A DNA stretch of 64,000 nt, from NCBI GenBank assembly GCA_965203535.1, contig OZ241897.1, positions 5,963,697 through 6,027,696 of the forward strand. Direction: 5' to 3'. The notes beneath the pieces were generated by a model that saw nothing but the letters and a program-made list of their open reading frames with translations, had not been told where the DNA came from and searched no databases. Each line of letters opens with the position of its first letter. The stretch's first letter is position 1. The position numbers and the translations under genes are program-made. Shown here piece by piece: positions 9,577 to 18,003 of the stretch. Origin of the DNA: Acidobacteriota bacterium (GTDB lineage: Bacteria > Acidobacteriota > UBA6911 > RPQK01 > JAJDTT01).

Positions 9577-10126
9577 CCTGCTTGTCCTTACACTTGTTCA
9601 CCGATTTGTAGTGACCTATGAACGTCGCGACGTGCACCAACGTCTCGTCTACTCCATCGTGCACGCTATTGAAATCTGTCCCAAAGGTCCGCTTGTGCCA
9701 CACTACCGCATCTATGGACCGGTCCAATACTGGATCGAACAGCGGTCGTTCGTATGAGACTTCGGAGAAAAATATCCTGCGTCCTGGACTAACATCCAGC
9801 GTCGCTCGGAATATTGCTTCCCCGCCGCTACTGCTACCTGCAGAGTAAAGACCGGCATTCACAAACATCTTCCGCGTTACAGATCGTAGACGATTCTCGA
9901 TCTGCTCAGACAGTCGAGGGTATATATCCAAGTCTGTGAACCATACGTCCAGTTTCATCGGCTTGCAGCCATTGTCCAGGTTAGGCCAGATCGCCTCAGA
10001 CCCCCTGGATGGTGAGGTTGGACCCTCCAGCCCGTCCTTTCTTGCCGGGACTGTCTGGACTGTTGGGACTGTCTGTGCATGTGCAAGAGCTGATGTTGAC
10101 ATTAACAATAGCAACGGCAACAGCAT
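9569..10126 (-). CDS. Secreted hypothetical protein, paralog of 8853-9422 (candidate immunity protein)
   Basis: AGGAGGA RBS; signal peptide; EAIWPNLDNGCKPM...YERPLFDPVLDRS..A..W...TFG...NKC. Confidence 0.75.
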   Translation of the reverse strand: MLLPLLLLMSTSALAHAQTVPTVQTVPARKDGLEGPTSPSRGSEAIWPNLDNGCKPMKLDVWFTDLDIYPRLSEQIENRLRSVTRKMFVNAGLYSAGSSSGGEAIFRATLDVSPGRRIFFSEVSYERPLFDPVLDRSIDAVVWHKRTFGTDFNSVHDGVDETLVHVATFIGHYKSVNKCKDKQGE

Positions 10127-10155
10127 CCTTATTCCTCCTCTCCTTATCTCTTTCC

Positions 10156-10280
10156 TTAACGCTTCGTAAGATGCCAGTGCTCTGGACCTCCGTGAAGAGG
10201 CACATCGTAACCGACATTGTTTGCGATGAGGCGATAGTAATCCATCTGGTCTGGATCCATGTACTTAGAGCGGAGACGAG
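10156..10280 (-). pseudogene. C-terminal fragment with HWH motif (M15/LAS-type Zn-peptidase-like tip)
   Basis: LRSKYMDPDQMDYYRLIANNVGYDVPLHGGPEHWHLTKR*; begins right after the hairpin at 10282-10310. Confidence 0.45.
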
Positions 10281-10281
10281 G

Positions 10282-10310
10282 AAGGGGCGGCGGGTAAACC
10301 GCCGCCCGTT
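10282..10310. terminator. GC-rich hairpin, possible intrinsic terminator
   Basis: GGGCGGCGG-GTAAA-CCGCCGCCC followed by GTTCTT. Confidence 0.4.
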
Positions 10311-10390
10311 CTTCGATCTCTGGAATGAGTGATTTCCTGCCGGGAACCACTCCCGGCAGAACCTATCCTACAGGACACAAAACCACAGGC

Positions 10391-10421
10391 GGAGAGAGAA
10401 GGTGACTGTCCCCTTCCTCCC
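10391..10421 (+). repeat. REP-like hairpin at the duplication breakpoint
   Basis: GGAGAGAGAAGGTGACTGTCCCCTTC(C/T)TCCC; also at 11512-11542 and degenerate at ~11990-12018. Confidence 0.7.
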
Positions 10422-10428
10422 GCGGGCG

Positions 10429-11423
10429 TGGTGAACTGGGAGGACAAGGGCCGCGTCCTGGTGGCCGGCGACGACCTGGATCCGCCGGAGCTCTACAACA
10501 TCTACGACATGCCGGTCTTCCGCTACGAGAACTTCTTCCTGGGGATCATCAACCCCTACTACGTCCATCCCTTCGCCCCCACCTACGGCGCGTACCACAA
10601 GCCGCCCGACTACCCCCGGGGCAAGGTGGGCCAATTGGAGATCTCCCTGGCCTACAGCCGCGACGGGAGGACCTGGCACCGGCCCGACGACCGCTCGCCG
10701 GTGGTCCCGGTGGGCAAGCCGGGCGCCCAGGACGGAGGCATGCTCTACCCGGCCGAGAACCCCCTGGTGCGGGACGGCGAGACCTGGATCTACTTCACGG
10801 CCAGCCGCCTGAACCACACCTGGTGGGACTGGCTCTCCTACGACCTGTCACAGGGGACCCGGGACGTGGCGGCCCTGATGGTGGCCCGCATGCCCGAGGA
10901 CCACTGGATCTCGATGGACGCCGGGGACGAAGAGGGGTGGTTGATGACCAAGCCGTGGGGTCCGGCCTACGAGATCCTGGTGAACGCCGACGCCGAGGGC
11001 GGCTCCATCGAAGCGGAACTGGTCACGCCATACGGCGAAACGATCCCCGACTTCACCCGGGCGGATTCGGTCCCGCTGACCTCCAACGGCACCGCCCAGA
11101 AGCTGACCTGGAAGAGCGGCCGGTCTCCCTACGATCTGAGCGTGGAGCAATTCGGCGGCGTCTGCCTCAGGCTGTATCTCACCCGAGCCAAGCTCTACTC
11201 CTACACCTATACGCTCCCCGACCCGGACGGCAACCTGGCCCGCCGCCAGGCCAACGCCCGCTGGCTGGACGTGATCACTCACCGCTCCGATCACTGGGGC
11301 CTGGGCACCAACGAGCCGGCGAAAGGGGTTCCCCCGCATCCACGCCACCAGTCCAACCCCGCCGGAGGGCAGAAAGACTTCGGGAAACAGATGCAGGATT
11401 CGATTCGCAAGGGTAAGCGCTGA
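10429..11423 (+). pseudogene. 5'-truncated duplicate of the beta-propeller gene 6586-8340
   Basis: In-frame copy from VNWEDKGRV to the stop codon; lacks the first ~250 codons and the signal peptide. Confidence 0.9.
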
Positions 11424-11609
11424 GGGATCGAGGTGAGGTGAAGCTGCAACCTCTTGGGCACTCTGGCGTTCGGGTGGAGCTTCCATAGAGAGTTCTGGAA
11501 GTCGCGGCGGCGGAGAGAGAAGGTGACTGTCCCCTTCTTCCCGGTCCCCTCGTCAAGAAACAGCTTGCGTTGATATGGCGGAACCACCATAATGAGACAT
11601 GGCTGCGCG

Positions 11610-12002
11610 ATGAAAACCGATAACGTGAAGATCGAACGCGGCAGCGGAAACGTATTCGCTGACCTGGGACTCCCCGACGCCGACACGCATCTGTTCAAGG
11701 CCGAGTTGGTCACCCGGATTGACAAGATCATTCGAGAGCGCGGCCTCAAGCAGGTCGACGCAGCGAAGCTGCTCGGCCTGTCTCAACCCGATGTGTCGCG
11801 CCTGTTACGGGGCAGCTTCCGAGAGTACTCCATGGAACGGCTTCTGCGCCTCCTGATGGCTCTGGGGCGCGATGTGAACATTGTGATTCGCGAGTCGCAC
11901 CCGGAGCGACCGGGCCGACTCAGCATTGGAGCATGGCCCGTGCCGCAAAGCAGGGTGCGGGTAGATAAAGTAGCTGTCCCTACTGCCGAAGAGAGAAGAT
12001 GA
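11610..12002 (+). CDS. XRE-family HTH regulator (HigA-like antitoxin, orphan)
   Basis: ERGSGNVFADLGL..A...KAEL...I..RGLKQ.DAA.LLG.SQPDVS.L.RG....SMERL. Confidence 0.85.
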   Translation: MKTDNVKIERGSGNVFADLGLPDADTHLFKAELVTRIDKIIRERGLKQVDAAKLLGLSQPDVSRLLRGSFREYSMERLLRLLMALGRDVNIVIRESHPERPGRLSIGAWPVPQSRVRVDKVAVPTAEERR

Positions 12003-12148
12003 CTGCCCTATTCTCCCGCACGAGTGCGTCTATTCGTATGCCGGCGCACCGTAGCCTTAACAAGAAGTGAAGGAGCCGCGGTTTCCAGCCGCCAACCTCC
12101 AGAGTAACGAGTCACCGAAGAAGAGCGAGCGATTGGAAATCGCTCCGC

Positions 12149-12850
12149 CTAAGGCGCCGCCAGGTGGAGCTCGAACTGGTCCATGGAGAGCTTGCCCGTG
12201 ACCTCTTCCGAGAAACCCACGAAGGAGAAACCGTAGCTGGCGCTGTTCTTGAGCAGATCGTTCAGGGAAGTCTTCGACGGGGCCCAACTGCGGTGCCAGA
12301 GCGATTCGTCATTGACCAGGACGAAGTGCTCGGGCGGACCCCACTTCCCGTGATGGATCTTGATGGGACGGCCCGTGTAGTGCCAGCGGGTCCCTCCGGA
12401 GTGGACCCAGAAGTAGCACTTGGCGCCTTTCAGGTCCAAATCGTCTCCACGAAGGTGAACCGACACGCGGGCGCCCCGCAGATCGATGGCTTCCTCCTGG
12501 CGAAATCCGGTGGGCCGGGGAGTCGTACTCGGCCCTTCCTCGAGGTCCTCGGCAATCCACCGGTGATAGAGGATCAGAGGCAGGATCGAATGGGGGTCCT
12601 CCGGGGTATCGATCCGCCACCGGGAGTCGTCCCCCCAGACGTAGCCGGAATTCCCCACCCCGCCGGTCTTTTCCCAACTGGTCAGGAAAAAGACGTTCTC
12701 GTTGCCGCTTCCGCCGGTGTAGTCGTAGATCTGCCAGCTCTCACGGCCGGCGTCGAAAGTGTTGATCCGCTCCGTGGTCGTCGGCATCGATTCCATCCCC
12801 CCACACCCGATGGAGATGAGCAGTAGAGCCGCCAGACATCCGAATTTCAT
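12149..12850 (-). CDS. Hypothetical lipoprotein
   Basis: GGAGGGAG RBS, MKFGCLAALLLISIGC lipobox; Trp-rich, predicted beta-rich. Confidence 0.7.
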   Translation of the reverse strand: MKFGCLAALLLISIGCGGMESMPTTTERINTFDAGRESWQIYDYTGGSGNENVFFLTSWEKTGGVGNSGYVWGDDSRWRIDTPEDPHSILPLILYHRWIAEDLEEGPSTTPRPTGFRQEEAIDLRGARVSVHLRGDDLDLKGAKCYFWVHSGGTRWHYTGRPIKIHHGKWGPPEHFVLVNDESLWHRSWAPSKTSLNDLLKNSASYGFSFVGFSEEVTGKLSMDQFELHLAAP

Positions 12851-12870
12851 ACTCCCTCCCGCAACCGTGG

Positions 12871-15633
12871 CTACGACCCGGACGGGTCGATCAGGTTTCC
12901 GTCCTGGTCGAGTCGTTTCACTTCTCCGAGATTGAGCTCCCGGACCCGCTCCTCGATCTTCGAAAGGTCGCCGACGATGACCCACACCAACTGGTCGGGG
13001 CGGATCACTTCGTTGGCGGACGCCTGGATGGCCGGGATGTCAAGGGCCCGGACCTTGCCGGGGAAGGTCCCGTAGTAGTCGTCCGCCAAGCCGTAGCGGA
13101 CCATCTCGGCGATGGACCCTCCCACCGCGCCGGACGTTTCCCATCTTCCCGGGAGGCTCAGGGTCTGGGCTTTCTTGGCCCGGTCCAACTCCTCCGCCGT
13201 CGCCGGCCGGTCTCCCCGGTATTCCCGCAGCTCGCGGTCGATCTCCGCCGCCGATTCCTTGGTCTTGTCCGTCTGGACCGGCGCGTAGACGATGAAGGGC
13301 CGTTGCCCCCGGGCGCCGAACAGAAGGGTCCGGGCCCCGTAGGACCAGTGCTTCTCCTCCCTCAGGTTCATGTTGATGCGGGAGGTGAAGCTGCCGCCGA
13401 TGATCCGGTTCATGGTGATCAGCGCGATCTCGTCCGGATTGTTGGTGGGCGGCGCCACGTGCCCGGCGAAGATCAGCGACTGCTGAGACCCGGGACGGTC
13501 CATGAGGTAGACCTGGGAACGGGAGTGGTGGTCCACTCGCCCGACCTGCTTCTCGGGAACCGTTCCGCTCTGCCAGTTCTTGAAGACCCGCTCCAGGTGA
13601 GGTTCGACTTCAGCCAAGGTGGTGTCCCCCACCACGATCAGGGTGGCGTTGTTGGGACGGTACCAGGTGGCGTGGAAATCCTTGAGCTGATCCCGGGTGA
13701 TGGCTTTGGCCGACTCCACGGATCCGGACCCGGTCAGCGGGTTCCCGTAAGCATGGTCCGCTCCATAGATGAGCTTGGGCATCACCCGCAGGGCCATGGT
13801 GACGGGACTGACCTTCTCCCGTTGGATCCGGGCCAGGAGCTGGCTCCGGAGACGCTCCAGCTCCTTCTCGGGAAAGGAGGGGTTCAAGACCACGTCGGCG
13901 TAGAGGTCCAGCGATTCGGAGAGCTTCGACTTGAGCGCCGACAGGGAGACCGTCGAGTCGTCCAGAGAGGCACTGCTCCCGATCTGGGCGCCCAGCCCGG
14001 CCGCTTCTTCGCTGATCTGCAGTGCACTGCGGGTCGAGGTCCCCTCGTCCACCATGTCCGCGGTCAGGTTCGCCGTTCCCGCCAAACCACCGAGATCGGC
14101 GGCATATCCGGCATCGAAGAGCAGCCGGAAGTTGATGACGGGCACCGCGTGGCGCTCGGCCAGGATGACTTTCAGCCCGTTGGAAAGGGTCGTCTTCCGA
14201 AGGCGTGGAAACTCGGCGGCCGGCGGCTCGCCCACGTCGGGCAGCCGGTCCCGATCCGCCCCCGAATCAGCCGTCGAGTACTTGGGGAACGGGTGCACTT
14301 CCAGGATGAAGTCCCCGTCCGACAGCCAGTCGCGGGCCACATGCCGGAGATCTTCCGGAGTCGCCTCTTCGATGTAATGGAAATATTCCTTGTAGGTATC
14401 GGGTGAACCGCCGTAGACCTCGTTGGACGCCAGGATGTCGGACTTGCCTCCGAACCCGCCGACCCGCTCCAGGCCCCGCACGAAACCGGCAAACGTCTGG
14501 GTTCTCGCCAGATCCAACTCGGCCTGGGTGGGACCTTCCTCAATCAGTTTCTCCAACTCTTCGGCCACGGCCTGCTCCACTTCGCCCAGCGTTTTCGACG
14601 GGTGGGCCGTGGAAACGACCTGGAACCGGCCACTCAGTTCCCGGGCGTAGAGGAAACTGGACGCGTCCGTGGCGATCTGGTCCTGGTAGACCAGCCGCTT
14701 GTAGAGCCGGGAGGTCTTGCCTCCACCCAGAATATCGGCGACCAGGTCCAGGAGAGCCGCTTCCCGGGTGCCCCACTGGGGAACGTTCCAGGCGCGGTAG
14801 ATCCGGGCCTGGGGGACGCGGTCCTGCATCTGCTGGCGGTGAGTCCCCGTCATCTTGGCGATCCAGGCTTCCTGCTTGTCCACCGGAGGACCGGAGGGGA
14901 TGTCTCCGAAGTAATGCTCGACCCTCTTCTTCACCTCCTGCGCATCCACGTCGCCGGCGATGGACAGCACGGCGTTGGCGGCGCCGTAATAGGTCTTGAA
15001 CCACTCCTTGACGTCGTCCAGCTCGGCGGCATCCAGATCCTCCATGGAGCCGATGGTGGTCCAGGAGTAGGGATGGCCCGCCGGGTAGGTGTTCTCGGTG
15101 AGGAGGGTCCAGGCGCGGCCGTAGGGTTGGTTCTCCCCTTGGCGTTTCTCGTTCTGGACCACGCCGCGCTGCTCGTCCAGCTTCTCCTGGGAGATGGCGC
15201 CCAGCATGTGGCCCATGCGGTCCGACTCCAGCCACAGGGCCAGATCCAGGGCGTTCTTGGGCACGTTCTCGAAGTAGTTGGTGCGATCGGCATTTGTGGT
15301 GCCGTTCATGCCGGTGGCGCCCACCTCCTCCAAGGGCTCGAAGAACTCGCCGGGCCAGTGTTCGGTCCCGTTGAACATCAGGTGCTCGAAGAGATGCGCG
15401 AATCCCGTGCGCCCCGGTTTCTCGTTTTTGGATCCCACGTGGTACCAGACGTTCACGCCCACGATGGGCGCCTTGCGGTCCTCGTGGACGATGAGGGTCA
15501 GGCCGTTGGGCAGGACGAACTTCTCGAAGGGGATGTCGATCTGGGACGTCATGGAGCCGTCGGCGCTCTTCGCCGGGAAGGCGGCGCCAGGCCAGACCAG
15601 GACCAGAGAGATCAACAGGGCCAGTTTCTTCAT
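12871..15633 (-). CDS. M16 (pitrilysin/PqqL-like) zinc protease
   Basis: GFAHLFEHLMF (HxxEH), VVQNEKRQ, two M16 halves, NLREEKHWSYG; signal peptide. Confidence 0.93.
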   Translation of the reverse strand: MKKLALLISLVLVWPGAAFPAKSADGSMTSQIDIPFEKFVLPNGLTLIVHEDRKAPIVGVNVWYHVGSKNEKPGRTGFAHLFEHLMFNGTEHWPGEFFEPLEEVGATGMNGTTNADRTNYFENVPKNALDLALWLESDRMGHMLGAISQEKLDEQRGVVQNEKRQGENQPYGRAWTLLTENTYPAGHPYSWTTIGSMEDLDAAELDDVKEWFKTYYGAANAVLSIAGDVDAQEVKKRVEHYFGDIPSGPPVDKQEAWIAKMTGTHRQQMQDRVPQARIYRAWNVPQWGTREAALLDLVADILGGGKTSRLYKRLVYQDQIATDASSFLYARELSGRFQVVSTAHPSKTLGEVEQAVAEELEKLIEEGPTQAELDLARTQTFAGFVRGLERVGGFGGKSDILASNEVYGGSPDTYKEYFHYIEEATPEDLRHVARDWLSDGDFILEVHPFPKYSTADSGADRDRLPDVGEPPAAEFPRLRKTTLSNGLKVILAERHAVPVINFRLLFDAGYAADLGGLAGTANLTADMVDEGTSTRSALQISEEAAGLGAQIGSSASLDDSTVSLSALKSKLSESLDLYADVVLNPSFPEKELERLRSQLLARIQREKVSPVTMALRVMPKLIYGADHAYGNPLTGSGSVESAKAITRDQLKDFHATWYRPNNATLIVVGDTTLAEVEPHLERVFKNWQSGTVPEKQVGRVDHHSRSQVYLMDRPGSQQSLIFAGHVAPPTNNPDEIALITMNRIIGGSFTSRINMNLREEKHWSYGARTLLFGARGQRPFIVYAPVQTDKTKESAAEIDRELREYRGDRPATAEELDRAKKAQTLSLPGRWETSGAVGGSIAEMVRYGLADDYYGTFPGKVRALDIPAIQASANEVIRPDQLVWVIVGDLSKIEERVRELNLGEVKRLDQDGNLIDPSGS

Positions 15634-15671
15634 GGAATTCAACCTCCAGGATTTCCGAAAAACCGCCGGGC

Positions 15672-17294
15672 TCAACGCATCTCGAAGGCGAAGAGCCTGG
15701 CGCCTCGCAGTTGGAACCGCAGGCGAAAGGCCTGACCCGGATCGATTCCCAGATCCGGCCGCCCCTTCCAGGTCACCTGCTGCGACAGCCGATCACCCGA
15801 CAGAATATCGCACTCGGCCAGACTTCGTCCGTCGACTCCCACGACCTCGACCCGGACCGATCCGTTCCGGCCCGCGTCGAAGTTGAGCCAGAGGGTCTTG
15901 CCTCTGCTGGAGAGGGGATTGGTGACGAAGGTCCCCTCCTCGTCCGCCACCAGGGCGCTCAGGCGCTGCTTGGGCCAGACGGCGAAAGCAATCTCTCCCA
16001 AAGGGCTCAGCCGGGGAAACTTGTGGGGAACGGCGAAACCGACATAGGGCAGGACGACCCGGTCCCCCGGGATCTCGGCCAGTCCGGCGCCCGGGAAGAG
16101 GCAACCGGCGTCGAACGCTCCCTCCGAACCGGGCTCCAGGACCGGTCCTCCCGGCAGGAAGTTCCAGATCCGTCCAGCCAGGCTGGCGGCGACCCGCACC
16201 GTGCTGGTGTCCAGGTTGCGGTGGTAGATCATGGGAAACATGAGGTGCATGGTGCTCGTGCCCGGGTAGAACGCCCGGCCGTTGGTGTAGTAGTCGACCC
16301 ACGCCGACTCGGAGGGATCGGGGGCCAGAACCATCTCGGGGCGGGGCCAGCGCCGGAAATCGGTGGTTTCGGCCCGGCCGATCATGCGCCGTCCCCAGAC
16401 CCCCATCCGGAAGTAACCCACGTAGCGGCCCAGACGCTCGTCCCAGTAGGCCGTGGTTCCGGTGTCGCTGACGTGGCCCATCAGCGGCTCCTCCAGTTCC
16501 CGCCACCGGATGCCGTCGGGAGAGACCGCCCCCATGAGAGCCGTCCCGTCTTTCGAGGCCGGAGTCACCGATTCGGGATGGTCGGCCTGCATCCGCTCGA
16601 CGGTCGCCTGGTCGACGGCGGCCTGGTAGATGGCCTTGAATCGCTCGGCGGGTTCGGCGCCAGGATCCACGAAGATGGCCGGACCGTGAATCCCGTATCG
16701 GCAGACGCCCGGTCCCAGGACGATGTTGTTCTCGCGGCTTCCCTGGAACTCCACCTGCCCCAGCGGCGGCTTGCGGTAGCTCAGGCCGTCTTCGGACTCG
16801 GCATAGCAGACCATGTAGCCTTCCGAGCTCCGGCCGAGCCGATAGGTGGTGGTGTTGTAGAAGAGAAGGTACTTCCCTTCGTGGTGGATCAGGTTGACGT
16901 AGGGCGTGAAGAACTCCCAGGGCCGGTCGTTGCTGATCACGGGTCCCAGCTTGCCCGCCGGCTGCACCTCGATCCGGATTCCGGTGGGAACTTCCGTGGG
17001 AAGGACCTCGATCTCGGAGTTGATCTCCGGGCCGTATTCTTCAGGCCGGTCCCGCTGGATCCGCTGTCCCCGATACCTGTAGCTCACGTGGCCCGGATTG
17101 ACGTAGCGCCAATCCACGAAGAGATGAGGGCCCGGTTCCAGCGGGTAGGGGCGCCGGTTGTAACCATAGGCGTAGAGTGCGGCGTCCGGAGACGGCCTGA
17201 GCGAGCTCCCGGCGCCCTCCGCACGGGTGTCATCGGCGGTCCCAAGGAGAACCGCCAAGGCTGCCGGAACCAGCAGAATCGTGAATCGTGTCAT
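15672..17294 (-). CDS. Secreted beta-propeller glycoside-hydrolase-like protein
   Basis: Signal peptide MTRFTILLVP; CYAESEDGLSYRKP.LG.VEF.GS..NNI, SPDGIRW; shared C-terminal domain. Confidence 0.7.
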   Translation of the reverse strand: MTRFTILLVPAALAVLLGTADDTRAEGAGSSLRPSPDAALYAYGYNRRPYPLEPGPHLFVDWRYVNPGHVSYRYRGQRIQRDRPEEYGPEINSEIEVLPTEVPTGIRIEVQPAGKLGPVISNDRPWEFFTPYVNLIHHEGKYLLFYNTTTYRLGRSSEGYMVCYAESEDGLSYRKPPLGQVEFQGSRENNIVLGPGVCRYGIHGPAIFVDPGAEPAERFKAIYQAAVDQATVERMQADHPESVTPASKDGTALMGAVSPDGIRWRELEEPLMGHVSDTGTTAYWDERLGRYVGYFRMGVWGRRMIGRAETTDFRRWPRPEMVLAPDPSESAWVDYYTNGRAFYPGTSTMHLMFPMIYHRNLDTSTVRVAASLAGRIWNFLPGGPVLEPGSEGAFDAGCLFPGAGLAEIPGDRVVLPYVGFAVPHKFPRLSPLGEIAFAVWPKQRLSALVADEEGTFVTNPLSSRGKTLWLNFDAGRNGSVRVEVVGVDGRSLAECDILSGDRLSQQVTWKGRPDLGIDPGQAFRLRFQLRGARLFAFEMR

Positions 17295-17310
17295 GGGAAT
17301 CCGTCTCCAG

Positions 17311-17345
17311 TGTCCGATTTCGAACAGACTGTCCGGTTTCGGACA
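17311..17345. promoter_or_regulatory. Tandem palindromic operator TGTCCG-N4-CG(A/G)ACA x2
   Basis: TGTCCGATTTCGAACA and TGTCCGGTTTCGGACA, starts 19 bp apart; repeated at 17859-17894. Confidence 0.5.
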
Positions 17346-17399
17346 GTCCGTCGCGCTTTCCGTCAAACCCGGCAAGGGCTCGTGACGTGCATTTCTCAC

Positions 17400-17815
17400 C
17401 GGGTCGCGGGGGCGCCCTCTTCCGTCGTGCTCCCACTGAAAATACCATGGGGCCTATATCTAACGTGACGTCAGTACACAGTTCCGGCGCCACGCTCGGC
17501 CCACTGGCCCACGTTTCGGCACCCAGGGCAAGAACCCCCGCCCTGAGAATGTTCAGGGTTGCATTGTGGTCCCTGTCCATTCTGAGATCGCAGGATGCAC
17601 ACTTCGGCAACGGCTGCTTCTCGACTTCATAGGTCAGATCCACGTACACCCGATTCGGCTTGCGGACGATCCGCAACGCCTTCAGCTCACCATCGGGCAA
17701 GGGCCGGGTCGGGAACAACCGGATCGTCGGAAAGCCCTTGGGACGGATGGCGTATCCCCGGGCCCGCTTCTTCACCATCGTCGTCTTGGGATCGACGATG
17801 TCAATTGTCTCCATC
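17400..17815 (-). pseudogene. tnpB: Internally deleted IS200/IS605-family TnpB remnant
   Basis: LRIVRKPNRVYVDLTYEVEKQPLPK fused directly to CASCDLRMDRDHNATLNILRAG (half zinc finger plus RuvC-III); GID.G and RuvC-II missing. Confidence 0.8.
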
Positions 17816-17858
17816 CTGGTGCGTGAATACTCCACTCCATGGCAGAGCCCGCTGCAAG

Positions 17859-17894
17859 TGTCCGATTTCGATACAAACTGTCCGATATCGGACA
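17859..17894. promoter_or_regulatory. Tandem palindromic operator, second copy, upstream of creD
   Basis: TGTCCGATTTCGATACA followed by the perfect palindrome ACTGTCCGATATCGGACAGT. Confidence 0.5.
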
Positions 17895-18003
17895 GTTCAG
17901 CCGGCAAGACCGGACGGTCCGACTCCAACAATGAGCGGATCGGTACCAAGGAACCCGTGTTCCTGCTATTTTTCGGTATCTCCCGAAGCATGGAGCGCAC
18001 TCA

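Noticed and set aside
17838-17858. Sigma54 promoter (also near 9480-9510 and 38070-38100)
   Set aside because: GG-to-GC spacing is not the required 10 bp
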